Source: Epiperipatus broadwayi (lineage: Eukaryota > Animalia > Onychophora). Taken from it: DNA of 64,000 nt. A program made the position numbers and the translations under genes. The stretch is taken from contig JAQFVV010000009.1 in NCBI GenBank assembly GCA_028023455.1, positions 10,788,001 to 10,852,000 of the forward strand, written 5' to 3'. Shown one piece after another: positions 1 to 13,353 of this stretch. Under the pieces are notes generated by a model. It saw only the letters and a program-made list of their open reading frames with translations. It was not told where the DNA came from and did not search any database. The first letter of the stretch is position 1. Each line of letters begins with the position of its first letter.

Positions 1-99
1 TTATTTTTGCCTTGAACTCATAACTAATCTTTATATTTTAATATTATTGTATTATTCATTAATAGTCAATATGATTACTAACATGAAAACATTTTAACC

Positions 100-1950
100 C
101 ACACATGTATGCATTGAATATGTGTGCCATTTGATGGGCTAACTTCACTGATATCTTACACAAACATTGCAATAAATCATTTGCCAAAATCGACTATTAT
201 AAAATTTATCCTTCAGCAGCTATCCCCTCTCAAATGAGTCATGATGAACTTTTGGAGTGCTCATTATTTTAGATCAAACAAGGATTGTCTGATAATTTAG
301 AATATGGTGCTTACATCATCAAAGCCTATTTTGACTCACAGCTCACATTAAGCATGCCTAACTTAGTTCAACATACAAAATAGATTTGCTAGACATAACT
401 GAATTATATGGCTTAGTCAGTAGAAAATTATCTATCATTATAATTAAAGCCAAATTAATTAAGCAAAACTACTCTCAGCCATGCATAGAATTTAACATGG
501 CATTTTCTATCCTGTCTAGATAACAATATCATATCACAGTCAACAAACAATCATATAACATGACTGATGGATGATGTATGGGTTTTCCCCCTTAGTGGCA
601 TCATTTCCAGTTTATATTTAAACCACTTTGAAAATACTGTTGTTCTTTCACATAATTCAATCTCATATATATATATATGACATTTTCTTCACTACACCAG
701 AACCTTCTATTCAAAATATTAAAGCAAATCTACAAATTCATTCAGCCATACTTCTTATAATAGACTGGGAAGACACACCCCACTGCCTTAAAAATTTAGC
801 TTTAATCATACAGAAAAATATAGCTCATCTGGACTATTCTATGTTTATTAAATTGCTTGAAATTCATGGATTTATGCATCCAGACTCAATTGTATCTCAA
901 TCTTACACACTGGCCAGTCTATCCTCATTTCTATTTTGAAATTATGCTCTATGTAAGCATAAAGCATCTCGCAAGGCAGACATAGACTTATATATTAAAG
1001 ATTTAACATCTGTTGGATTTAAACAAAGTTTTTAAAAAGAATGCTGTTTATGCTGTGACTGACTTCTAGGCCTGTATATCTATGCAAATACACATAAAGA
1101 GCCATTATAAATGTGGCCGCCAGTACCGATGGCATTATTTCTATGCTAAAAGCACAGAAAGATGCTGTTTTTTTATGGTCGGCCTGCTTTGTGTTACACA
1201 CTTTATCCCAATGCTCACAGTTCAAAGTTTGCTACAGTATCTTGTGAGGGTGTCTGAACTTAAGCTAGCTTACAAGTCATTTGACCTACTATTACCTTCT
1301 AATAATTGTCAACTCATTACATACTTTTGTACTCAATGTGGAACTTTCAAAAAATTCGGAAGGAGTACATCCAAGCAAGATTTCGACCAGCTCATGCAAA
1401 AAGTCATATTTGCACAAGAACACATCCCTGACAAATAAAATGGCTGACTTGAAAATGGACAGTTTCAATTTGGGGCAACTGCCATCCACAGAAACCAAGT
1501 GTACATGGGGAATTAATTAATTCTACTTTAATAGAATCTTTGCAATAAGGTACATCAATTGATAAAGTTTTAATTTTTGTGGATGTGAAAAGGCATATCA
1601 TCTGCTCTACATTGCAGGACTAAGATAGAATTTTTGGCCACTTGTAATTAAAGCTTTTTAAATTTTTTGTAGTATAAAATTGTCCTCAACTAAATTACAG
1701 GAATGGAGTAAGGAAATCAATGAATTATGTTAAGCCTTTGGATAAATGTATGACTGTAAAATTTTTCATAGTTCTATCCAGAGACCAAAAGTTTGTTCAA
1801 AGAATACATTTATTAATCTTAAAAAAAAAAACCCAATTGAGTTGGAAATTATTAATCATTCTTAATAGGTGTGGATTAATATCCATACACATATTCTTTC
1901 AAAGCTATTGTAATAATTCAACCAATAAATAAATACTTTTTCTTTTCAAA
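100..1950 (+). mobile_element. Degenerate non-LTR retrotransposon relic, I-clade-like (RT C-terminus plus possible RNase H); boundaries approximate
   Basis: Broken frames give IAINHLPKS (cf. IND-LP before YADD) and DWEDTPHCLKNLALIIQKNIAHLDYS (cf. WG..L..LY...IRS.LDYG), with a weak RNase H-like VSIW...H...GELINS near 1460-1530. Many stops and frameshifts. Confidence 0.45.
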
Positions 1951-2324
1951 AATGACCCAAAAAAAGTAAGTCAGTTCAGTAATTAAAGCATTATCAGCAT
2001 TTTTCCCCACCACAATATAGTTAGTTATCTCTCAAGCAATGTTAGTAAACTGTGTAAAGTTTGCAGGGAGGAGGGGAGGGATGATCATTTTGCCAGCCAG
2101 TGCTGGCTTACACGGGGAAATCTACTATAATAGAATATTTACAATAATGTATGTTTACATAAAATTGTTCCAGAAAATTTATTAAGGAAATAAATGAATT
2201 ACATAATCCATATGATTATTATTCTTTCACAAATAATGGTGTGGACCTGATAATGTTATATTTATGTGCTTTTGCATATAAATAGCACCATCAAGCAGCT
2301 GAAATGATATAATAGAACAATACC

Positions 2325-3240
2325 AGAAAAACAAAGCAATTTTATAGCAAATTAAATTCTAACCCTCCATTGATCTTCTTCCATATATATACTTACCTTA
2401 ACAAAAACCTTTATTAGAAATTTTCTCCTTTAACATCTGTTGGATTTAAACATAGTTTTTTAAAATGAAAAATAAAGCAATTTTACAACAAATTAAATTT
2501 TAACCTCCCATTGATGATAGACCATGGCTTCTTCTTTCATACATACCTACATTAACAAAAATTTTTAATAAAACATTCTTTCGAACTTATCATCTTGTTT
2601 TCTGCAACTCTTCTTCAGCCAACAGATTATTGAACAACTCCAAAGATAGGCTTGAATATGAACTCACCCCTAGCATTATTTAAAAAATCAAATGCTTTCA
2701 AACTGGATATCAATCCATATATTACAGTGAATCCCAATCATCCTTGTGTACATGTCTTTCCTAGCACCAATATTTATATAAAAGAACCTCAGACAAGACA
2801 GAACATAGCTCTATATTTCTTGAGCATCAAAAGGCAACAGGACATCAATTTATCCCTCTTCTGCAACCCCCATCCAATGCATCAAAAGAAATGATTCAAA
2901 GAGAAAAATGAAGGAGACTTGCTATATAGCCAATAACACAAATGCTATCAACCATAGAGACTCATTCTTCCCTCTCTCCAAAAATTGGATGCTCTAATTT
3001 AAATAGATAACATCTAATTTAAATAAATTTAAATTTCATCAACTATATACAATTATATTCATCTCTTCATTATTATCTAACTTCATCTTGCTATGAATAT
3101 GAGAGTGCTATAAGTTTTTAAAAACACTATATCATATTTAATTTATAGAAATAGCAAGCTTCTCTATAGTTGTGTATATGCACACTTATTACATTTATTA
3201 TATTCTGTATAGAAGTATAAACAGTTAATGTCATTACATA
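2325..3240 (+). mobile_element. Penelope-like element 3' relic (GIY-YIG endonuclease region plus 3' UTR)
   Basis: 2670-2995 translates across stops and a frameshift as II*KIKCFQTGYQSIYYSES...SSIFLEHQKATGHQF...KRKMKETCYIANNTNAINHRDSFFPLSKNW, the typical PLE GIY-YIG layout. There is a local ~140-bp duplication at 2325-2590. Confidence 0.7.
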
Positions 3241-4019
3241 TTGGTAAATAATAATAGTAGTTTTGTAATCCTACATTTGGGAAATCACTTATATTATGAA
3301 TAGTCATGTATTGTAGAGTGTTGATGATGAAATCTCATAATGGAAATAGAAATAGCATGTAACATTAATTGATAAAAGTTTTTTTTTAAAAAAAGCAACA
3401 ACTTTATTTAAATTTCTCAATATATTCAGCTGTTAGAAGTAGCATCACTGGTTAGTATATGAACAACATTTTAAAGCTATTATTTGCCTCTCTTCTACAG
3501 GTGTTGTTAGCTTGCATGGGAATTAAGATTTGGGAACATTGAATTCAAGGTGATGTTCTGGCCAATTAAACTAAAGCCAATTAGGAGGGCCTTTACAGAT
3601 ATAATTTTTTTTACTTTTTATTATCTTTGACAGAGTAGCCCAATTGATCAGACCATTACCTTAAATTCAGTACTTCATGAATAAAAACATCACTTGTCAA
3701 TTCTCAGGCTAGTACTGTCATTGATCATGCCAGCAATATCTGAAAAAGAGAATAATATTACTCAAAATATTGTGTCACATATTAATTGCTGTGCTATTAG
3801 CCAATAGCTGAATTATTTTGAAAAGTTTAAATGAAGTTTGAATTTGTCTAAAAACATTTATAAATAAAATATTATCATCATAAACTTTCAGACAAACAAT
3901 AAGTCGCAGAATGTTTGCCTGAAGGTATGCAATGATGGCATTTTAGTTATGTTTATAAGTTGGATTATTTCCATCATCTAATATTAAACTTTATTTAAAT
4001 TTTTAATTACATTCAACTG

Positions 4020-7000
4020 TTAGTAGTAGTACATAGGTTAATACATACACAACATTTTGAGGAGTTATGTAGTAAAGATGGATTGCACTCAGCAAAACAA
4101 GAAATTGAAGCATTAGAGGTTTGATTTATGAAAAATATTATAATTTGGGAAACTTATAAAAGGGGATAGCATTTAAAATTACAGTATTATCAAAAAGAAA
4201 GTTAAGAATGGATGGGATGAGATGCAAGAAGTAAAGAAAGGGTAGCAGATTATAATATAAATATATATATATATGGAGAGGGAGTAGATCTGTAAACTAA
4301 TGATAATAAGCTAATTACAAATGCAATAGTGAAGAAAGAGTCAAAATAATTTATAAAAGGGTAGCAAGTAAGAAAGAAATTGTTAAATTGGATATTTCAA
4401 TATGCAAGGTGGTATGAGCCCAGAAAAGTGGTTGAAATTAAATCAGATAAAAATCAAGGATTTGAGGTATTAGCAATAGTGGAAACACATCCAAAAGAAA
4501 AAGAATCTACACTGGATAATTTGGTATGGTAGAGTATAAATAGAAAGGAAAAAAAAGGGGGGTGGTCGTATAGAAGTTATGTCAAAAAATGTTTAAATAC
4601 TTTAGTGTCAAGAACATTTGTAGTTTGAGATAAGATTAGAAAGACAAGAATGGATGATGACTATAGTGTGTATGGCCACTGAAAATAGTCAAAATATAAT
4701 GGAGTGGAACAGTAGCATATATGAATGTCTTATTAAGGATATACAAAGTTTCAAAAAAAAAAGGGGGGGGGGAGAGAAATAATGGTTATAGGGGATATGA
4801 ATGGGCATATTGAAGAAATTGATGATGTGAATAACAAGAATGGACAGTTTTTGAAATTTTTTTGTCAGAGAGTGAATTTGAGCATTGGAAATTTATCAAA
4901 TATTTATGAGGGGCAATATATATTTCATACAATATATTATGTAATAGTAGAGAAAAAGGGAATAAATAAAGTACAAAAAATGAAAGTGTTTGATAATGAA
5001 GAGAGAGTATGTAATAGTGATCATATTTTTTTATTATAGAAATGGTTTGTAATGTGAAGGGAAATAGTAATAAAAATAGGAAAGATAGTGAAAGATGTGT
5101 ATGGAGAATGAATAATAAGAATAAGTTAGAAGAATACAAAATAAAAATAGAAGAAATCATGGAAGAATTTGTTGGGGATGAATATAAAGACTGGTGTGGT
5201 GAAGTAGAAGATGAGAATATTTAAAAGAATAAAAAGTAATAAAAAAAAGAGAGTAAAAGTGCAAAAGAGAGGAAAGAGAATATAAATGTGCTATTAAAAG
5301 CAAAGAAAATGAAAAAGGTGTTAATATTAAATAGGAAGACTATTTTTTTAAAAAAAATTGACTAAAATTGATTAATTATATATATATATAGAAAGAATGA
5401 AATTAAATAGTAAACTATTGGAGGTTATTAATAAAAGATGAAGAGATGGGAGTAAAAAATTTCGGAAATATATTAAAAGATGGAATATAAGGAAGAGAGA
5501 AATAGTATTACTAAATGTTGAGGAAAAAGTATGTACTATAGGAAAAAATTCAAGACAATTTTAAATAAGTAGGTAATGGATATAGAAAAGATATTAGATG
5601 TGAATGACAGAGTTAATAACAAACATGCAAGCACATAACAATGGAAATACTAGTTTTACAGAAAATGAATTGAATGAGGCAGGGAAGGAATTGAACAGTG
5701 GAAAGGCAAGAGGTTTAAGTGGATGGGTAGCAGAGATGGTGATGAAATTGGAAAATAGGGCAAAATTAAATCTGTTATCATGTTTTAATAAGATGGCAAA
5801 GATGACAGAAATTTCCAGATAGCTGATATAATATGAGAGTGAAGGCTATTATTTTAAGGAAAGGGTAAAGATCATAGAAATATAAACAATTATAGACCAA
5901 CAGCAGTAATGTCAGTGTTATATAAAGTTTTTGCATATATGATGGCTGGAAGGGTGGCAAAATGGAATGGAAGAAAAATAATATAGTGAGAGAAATGCAA
6001 CGAGATTTTAGAATAATTAGGCATATAGGGGAGAGTTTATTTGTAGCCACACAACTTATAGACATGAATAGGAATATGGATAGACAGTTATATATGTGTT
6101 TTCTAGATATAGAGAAGGCATATAATATAGTAAATAAAAATAGATTATGGTTAAGTTTAATGAATTTGGGAATGAATAGAGCTTTAGTGGATCTTATTAA
6201 GAGATTGTATGAAAATAATTATTATACACATCAATTAGGAAGTATGATATCAGTTAACTAAAAATGGGGTAAAACTAAGGTGAGGATGTTCTATGTTACC
6301 TATTTTGTTTTTGTTATAATTGAGAGAAATAGACAGAGCAATAGAAAGGCTAGGAAGAGGGGTAGAGATACCATTAATAGATGCCAAGGGAATGTATACA
6401 TTATTAGGTCTTTTATTTGCTGATGATATCTTCTTGTGTACAGAAAGTAGGGAAGTTTTGGAAGTTATGCTGAAAATATGCACAAGGGTGGTTAAAGAAA
6501 TGGGGATTAAATTTAGTGAAGAAAAATCAAAAGTAATGATGATAAATGCTGAGGGCAAATTTTATTAGGAGATATAAAGTTAAATGTGGTGACGAGATAT
6601 AACTATTTGAGAATTGTCTTAAGTAATCAGAGAAATTGTTTGGATGAATGGGAGAAAAAATTGATAAATGAGGCAAAGGGACTGATAAAGAAATTAACAA
6701 TGTTTTCATATAATAAATATGATCAAGAGGGAGTGGTAGTAACAGGGTTAACTTATGATAATGAATTATGTTTGTAAAGGAGTCTTAGATTATTTAGAAA
6801 AAGTACAAGGAGAAATAGGAAGACATGCCTTAGATGCAGATGTGTGGGTGGAAAAGAAGGCAATTCAAGGAGAAAGTTTTTGTATGAGAGATGCAAAAGG
6901 CAAAAACATACCTTAGATGCAGATGTGTGGGTGGCAAAGAAGGCAATTCAAGGAGAAAGTTTTTGTATGAGAGATGCAAAAGGCAAACAAAATGTTTGGT

Positions 7001-7750
7001 AGATTGCAATTTATGGATAGTAAGGGAATAGCCAAAATAGTATTTAATTGAGTTATGAGTAAAGAACAGGCAACAAGATGGATGAGAAAGGTAGTAGGGT
7101 ATTTACATTTGGATAAAGATTTTTATGTCAGTCTACCTGTACAAAAACTGGAAAGATTGTGTTATGAGGATTGTTGAATGTTATAGTGGTGAAGAATGGG
7201 ATAGAAGAATTGATAGATGCATTAAAAAAAATAGAAATTTGGAGAGTTGGAGAATTAGTATGAAGAGTAAAAAGAGTTATATATAAACAAAATATTGAAT
7301 ATGAGTTAATTTTAGATAATAGGAAGAAAATAGTTTACTGTTTAAGGCTGAACAGGATCATTAACAACAAGGGAATATACCCATAAGTGGAGAAATGTGT
7401 GTGATTTTAGTCTCGAAGTTATGTAAAAAAGGCATGGAAAATATTAGGCATCTGCTAATTGAATGTAAAAGCTTAATAAACAGAAAGGGTACAAACAATG
7501 AAATTGTATTAGAATAATATAAAGTGATTATACAGAAAGTGGGTTTTTGGTCTTTATGCTGAGTTTGGAAAAAGATAAGGAGGATCTAGATATAAAGACC
7601 ATAGAGTGGACGAAGATGATGTGGAAATGGAATAAAGCAGAATAGAGAAATTATGGGAAAAACTTGGAAAACGGAATGCAAAGGGAAGGTAAAGTGGTAA
7701 CAGGTTTCTCCGAGCATAGTGGCTGAGAGATCCCTGACTTTAATAAAGGA
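4020..7750 (+). mobile_element. Degenerate LINE with near-complete ORF2 (APE endonuclease, reverse transcriptase, C-terminal CCHC)
   Basis: APE motifs FNMQG, VLAIVETH, GDMNGH and SDH. RT motifs FLDIEKAYN and LLFADD. C-terminal C..LCKKGMENIRHLLIEC near 7395-7470. Many stops and frameshifts. Confidence 0.92.
6823..6987 (+). repeat. 83-bp tandem duplication inside the LINE
   Basis: 6823-6905 and 6906-6987 are near-identical (acat[g/a]ccttagatgcagatgtgtggg...gcaaaaggcaaa). Confidence 0.9.
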
Positions 7751-9395
7751 GAATCACGTCACATTATGTTTAAAACTATCATTTTTGTTTTATCAAAAAA
7801 CAACTTTTTTATACGATAACTATTAAGAATGATAATGATTAAGTTTTTAATAAACGTTTTTTGATGCAGTTCATATCATATGAACAATTAAATTATGAAC
7901 TTTTAACTAATTCTTGTTATTCAAATTATTTGTTATTAGTTTACATCTAAAATATTAGCAATATACATAAAAACAATTTATCCGAAACAATTATAGTCAT
8001 TTTTAAATTTCAAATAAATAGCTTCTTCCATTCCTGACAAAATTTAATTTCCTTTTCTTTTTTTTTTTCAATAAACATATATCTATACTAAAATGTTTTT
8101 CTGTATATATTATAGCATCAACATTGAAGCACGTGTAAATAAATATAATTATTTTAAAACCTCCAGAAGACAAAAAAAAAAAAAGAAGAAGAAAGTCAAA
8201 GTTTGACAGAATTAGTCTGCATTATTATTATTTTTAATTCTCTCTCATTTTGGTTCACCATACTAACCTTCAGTCACTCAAAGTAGCCCAGGGTCTCTCT
8301 GGCCATGGTAAGCCTTTCAAGCCATTGTATAATTCTCTGCACTAACTGTAGCAATGAAACTATGTAAGGCAGATGAAAAGAAAAAAAACCCATAATATTT
8401 ATTAATTCTGTTTAAAATGGTAGTAATAATTTGTCATTCATTCCTTCATCTCTCCAGATGGCGCATGAAGGGTTAACATCACTTAAAATTATTTCATATT
8501 TATAGTGTCGGATTAATTATTAGTTTACATATTAATGTATTTATTTTTATAAATATGAGCTTCATATAGTTCTGTTTTGTGAATTAAAATTAATCCATGG
8601 GAAATAAAGCAGCATTAAAATTATCTTTTATTTGAATGTTCAATTTGCTTTAATATTTAATTAAGCTTTAATATTGGTATTTTGAAGTAGTTGATAGTTT
8701 TTAGGGCACTTGATAACAGTAAAGTCTGATGCACATGTAATGTAAAATTGTTGATTTTTATATACAATAGGCAAATGTTTAAAAATTCTTCTAGCTATTA
8801 TACAAAAAATAATTTTATTTTTATTATGCATATAGTAATAAGCCAATAGCTAAGACCAATACCTATCGTAAGTAAAAATCTTTATCCTTAATAGGTATTT
8901 ATCTTGGTTAAATTACTAATAAAAATAAAAATGCAATAAATGGAATGAGTTATAGAATTAAACTTATAGTGCTTTCACAGAAATGATTTAATATTGTGAA
9001 AAAATATGCCAAGATGAGAGAAAAAAAGGTGTTTTAAGACTTCAATATCAAATAGAAGAGCAGAACAGATACTGCCAGACTACTTAATAATGAGTAGAGA
9101 AATGTATGATAGATTAAAACAGGAGTCCCCAATCTTTTTGCATTTAAGAGAACATTCTATAATACCAGCCAGGTGGCGGGCACCATTTATTTTTTCAATG
9201 TAAATTTATAGTTGGATATTGTTAATAATACACATAAGGTACAAAAAAATATTTATTTCAAAAATAAAATTTTAACATATAATTAATGTTTATAGGTGGG
9301 ATTTGAACTCAGACTTTCACATGACCCATTACTCTCAGTGCCATCTCATATTGCTGACCCACCTGATCACACACATGTTGAAAAGATAAATAATC

Positions 9396-9439
9396 ACCAA
9401 TATACGTATTTTATGCTAAACCAGCAATCATCAGTTGGT
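9396..9439 (-). ncRNA. Hammerhead ribozyme motif, family B, core mutated (GAAA to AAAA)
   Basis: The minus strand reads accaa CTGATGA ttgctggtttagcat AAAA tacgta ta ttggt. Confidence 0.55.
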
Positions 9440-9739
9440 CTAGATTACTATCCTCACACACACATATATATAATCAGTTCTCAGCTTTATATTAAGATAG
9501 CCAATCTTTATACTTTAATGGACAGGCTTCAAACTATTTTAACTCACAACTCTTCAGCCTTCCATTTCATTGAAAATCTGAAGATGGAATGTTCAAAGCC
9601 CTTATTAATGCCAAGGTTGTCATCCTACCCATGTTGACATATTAAATAGTTTGAAGTCTGTCCATTAAAGTATGAAGATTGGCTATCTTAATATAAAGCT
9701 GTGAACTGATTATATATATGTGTGAGGATAGTAATATAG

Positions 9740-9783
9740 ACCAACTGATGATTGCTGGTTTAGCATGAAATACGTATATTGGT
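9740..9783 (+). ncRNA. Type I hammerhead ribozyme motif, family B, core intact
   Basis: accaa CTGATGA t-tgct-ggttt-agca-t GAAA tacgta TA ttggt. Stem I is accaa/ttggt, stem II is tgct/agca, stem III is palindromic, and the cleavage triplet is AUA. Confidence 0.7.
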
Positions 9784-12216
9784 GATTATTTATCTTTGCA
9801 ACAGGTGTGTGATCAGGTGGGTCAGCAATATGAGATGGCACTGAGAGTAGTGGGTCATGTGAAAGTCTGAGTTTGAATCCCGCCTATATTACATATATAA
9901 ATGCAGGTTTAAACCTGTACATTGTATTAATTAATGTTTATATGTGTACACTGTAAAAGTATAGTATGCCTTACAATTTGATTACAATATAATACAATAA
10001 TTTATAAAAAAATTTAAAAATTAAATTTATTTGTATCAGATAAATAATTTTTTATCATGTTCAGATAGCGGCGGGCACACATAAAATGGTCTGCGGGCAC
10101 CATGGTGCCCATGGGCATAGGGTTGGGGACCTGTGGATTAAAAGAAGAAATACAGTAGTAAAAGAAACAATCTGGTAGCACTAAGATTATTTAAAGAATT
10201 ATGATTGAATTAGATTTTAGTCTCTGAATTCAGACATGTCAGCCAATTTTTTAAATTTTGCTATTTTAAATTTTATTAATGTTTTTAACTTTTTGATGCT
10301 TTTTGTTTACTTCATTTTGTTTATAATTTTTATTTCAAATAATATATTATCTTAAGTATTTTTCAAATGATTTATGTTATACTTTTCAATAATTATGAGA
10401 TTAATAGCATTGTAAGTCTTTCAAACTGAATTTTTTTCTCACTATCTTATTTTGAGAAAATATTGTCCTCATTGTTTTTCATCCTTTAGAAATAATCATA
10501 TTTTTATTATTTATTCCAGCAGGTTTTATTTTCCATTTATTACATTTCTATCTTAATTTTTAAGAAAATTTATTTTCTGGTGTTTAGAGTAAACTGTATT
10601 TATAAGTATAATATTAGAAATTTTCAGAGCAAAACATTATGCACCATATTGGAACAAAGAACTCTCTAATCCAAAATATATAAATAATATGCAAAAACTC
10701 ACAGTGCTAATATCTAAACACAGACTCAAGAACTTATGCAGGAAGCAAATTTTGATAAAAATAAATCATCATAGAATGCCTAATTAAATTGACTCAAACT
10801 AATATTTCCAAGATAGAGAGCCTCAAAGTAAAACCAACCACTATTGATACTCAACTATAAGCCAAATATTTAACTTATAGAGCAAACATTTTAACTAACA
10901 AAACAATTATAGCTGGAGCATGTAATTCAACATTACTAAATTACACATATAAAATAAAAGTAATAAATTAAAAAAAAAAAAACCATTAATAAAATAAAAT
11001 AATAAATGGTGAAAAGTTATAAAAATATTAATGTGAAACTAAACAGAAGATAGAATTAGATATGATGACACATATAAAACAATTGTTTTTTGAATGGATA
11101 CTTTTAAAAATCATAATATTTCAATACAGTAAATAATATAAAAATATATAAAGAGAATATAAAAAAATATATAATCACAGAACTGAGAAACATGAATTTG
11201 GTGAAACTTGTCAGAAATAAAAATGAATGGAGAAATATGAAAGGATTCTAGATGCAAACCCTGTTACCATAAATAATGCTTTAAAATGAATTTATAATTT
11301 TAAAAGTTCTAACAATTACCTAACCAAAACTGATAATTAAAATCAAAATAAAAAATATAAATTTCAATTTTCTAACATCGATCTATTTTTCTAACAAGCA
11401 TGTATTGTTTCATTAAAAAATAGACTTTTGCTCAAAATATTACCTGCAGAGCTTTTTATTTGCTTATAATTTTGTTAAAAGTGTCTCAATCTCAGAACAA
11501 ATTTTCCATTGAATTGAGAAAGTAAGTTCAAAAGTTTCAGATCTGATTGCAATAATAGTAATTAAAAAAAAAGATATTGTAATTTTTTTATTAACTTAAA
11601 TTATGTTTTTAATTTATTAATTATACAATGAATAAAAAAGATCATGACTTATTTACAAATTTTTAAATTTAAACAAGATAATGTCATAACATGAAAGCAT
11701 TTTTTGTTTCAAAATTTTGATTCGTATTGAGTTTTTTATATTAATATAATTTATCTAAAAGATACTGAGGATCATATGGCATGGCATTGAACATCTATAA
11801 TCATCATAATTTTACAGGTTGTATGTATTTTTCGGATAGCAGGCCAATTAATCATCTAATTATTGGATGACAAATTGATATCTTTTTTATTTTCAGAAAG
11901 TAAAACAAGAAAAAAACACCAAAATTTTTAACCAATCAGAAACAAAGCCTTTTTTTTACTTTTTCTGAGGTCCTTTTGAATTAGATAGAATGTAAATTAA
12001 GAGAGAAAAAGTATAACAATACTTGATCAATTTGATTTTTTGAAAAAAGTACTTAGAGAGAACTTTTTCTTTACAATGAGTTATTTTTCTGACTCTATTA
12101 CAGTCTTAATACTCTTTAATGGTTTTCTTACTATTTCAGAGTTTAAAATACTGAACATTTTATTCTGTACTTTGCATGTTTTTAGATAAGTAAAAAATTA
12201 ATAAATACTGTTGCTA

Positions 12217-13353
12217 TTGTGTTGCTCCAAAAATAAGACTGAGTCTTATATTAATTTTTGCTCCAAAAAACACAGTAAGTCTTATTTTCAGAGGATGTCT
12301 TATTTTCTCATGCATAAAAATGTTTATTTATTCAAGTAGTACATCATCCCTTTACAGAAAGCTGTAAGATTCTTATTCCAGGAGCCCTCCACAATACCTC
12401 TCCTGTACTCAATGAAATAGCTATTTTTTGCACTTGTCTTATCTGGGGATCAAAATTTTATTCTATTTACATTTTTCATTAAATCAAGTGTTAATTGAAG
12501 ACTTATGAGACAGGAGTGGTAAGAAAAATGATTACAGTTAATAATGATTTGTTCACAGAAACACAACAAAAAAATGCAGGCACAAAAATTCAGAAAATGT
12601 TTGTGTACTTCACACATGCACATTAAATACTTCCATTACAATACATAGCATATGAGTTATGAAGATTCATATATGACACAATCACATCATCCATTATCAA
12701 GTGCACATATTGTAAACCCTCTCCAAATTATTCATAATAGCCCTGTATCTTTTTTTAAAACCTTTTTTAGGAGATAAAGAAAGACTGATGTTTTAATTTA
12801 AGCTAAACTTTGATTATTAAAATCACTTTTGTTATTTAAAATCTTTTAAGAGGAAAAATTTTTAAGAAATCAAATTGATTTCTCTTTTATCTGGAAAATT
12901 TAAAAGGTATTCTGATGAAACTCCCAAACTAAATCAAGCATTCTTAATTTAAGTATTAAATATAAATAAGTATATAAAAATACATAAATGTAATTATAAA
13001 TAGTCTGATATATTGGCTTGTGGTAGATAAAATTTTAAACGTTTGTTAAATCATTCATAAAAAGATAGAATTATGTTTGTTGAAAAGGGTCAACAGGAAA
13101 ATATATGATTACCATATAATTTATATTGCAATTTATTTAAATCATTAATGTCAATAATATTGTTATTTACACATTTATTACTTTGTAATTCAATACATCT
13201 ATTATGTGTTTCAACAGGCAAACAAAAGCTGTTTTTTTTGGCTCACAATCTTAATTAGAGCTTATATTTGGGGTAGAGCTTATATTATGAGCATTCTTTA
13301 AAATCATCCTAGGGCTTATTTTTTGCTTAGGTTTTAGTTTTGGGAAAACATGG
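12217..13353. mobile_element. Non-autonomous pogo/Tigger-like (Tc1/mariner superfamily) DNA element
   Basis: Left end ttgtgttgctccaaaaataagac...gtcttatattaatttttgctccaaaa and right end gggcttatttt...ttttgggaaaacatgg resemble CCGTGTTTCCCCGAAAATAAGAC-type ends. TA flanks both sides (12215-16 and 13354-55). Confidence 0.75.

Larger units (their letters stand above)
9295..9927. mobile_element. Palindromic non-coding insertion (HHR family B) nested in the hAT MITE, 15-bp TSD
   Basis: Inverted arms at ~9291-9540 and ~9644-9888, then a 39-nt unpaired tail. TAATTAATGTTTATA lies at 9280-9294 and 9928-9942. Confidence 0.85.
9120..10135. mobile_element. hAT-type non-autonomous element (MITE) with 8-bp TSD
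   Basis: Termini CAGGAGTCCCCAAT and GTTGGGGACCTGTG are imperfect inverted repeats. GATTAAAA lies at 9112-9119 and 10136-10143. Subterminal GCGGGCAC motifs are present. Confidence 0.85.

Noticed and set aside
1002-2465. 35-bp direct repeat at 1002-1036 and 2429-2465
   Set aside because: It is too long for a TSD and its flanks do not match. It is probably a small PLE-derived fragment with no further structure.
3660-3745. Minus-strand exon-like segment (tttttcag|...aag|gtaatg)
   Set aside because: All three frames contain stops and no linked exons were identified.
8263-8476. Apparent 34-nt microexon (TACTAAC branch point, cag|...|gtaagc at 8274-8307)
   Set aside because: There are no partner exons. 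The segment has piggyBac-like ends (taaccttca...tgaagggttaa), so it may be a MITE relic. Neither reading is well enough supported.
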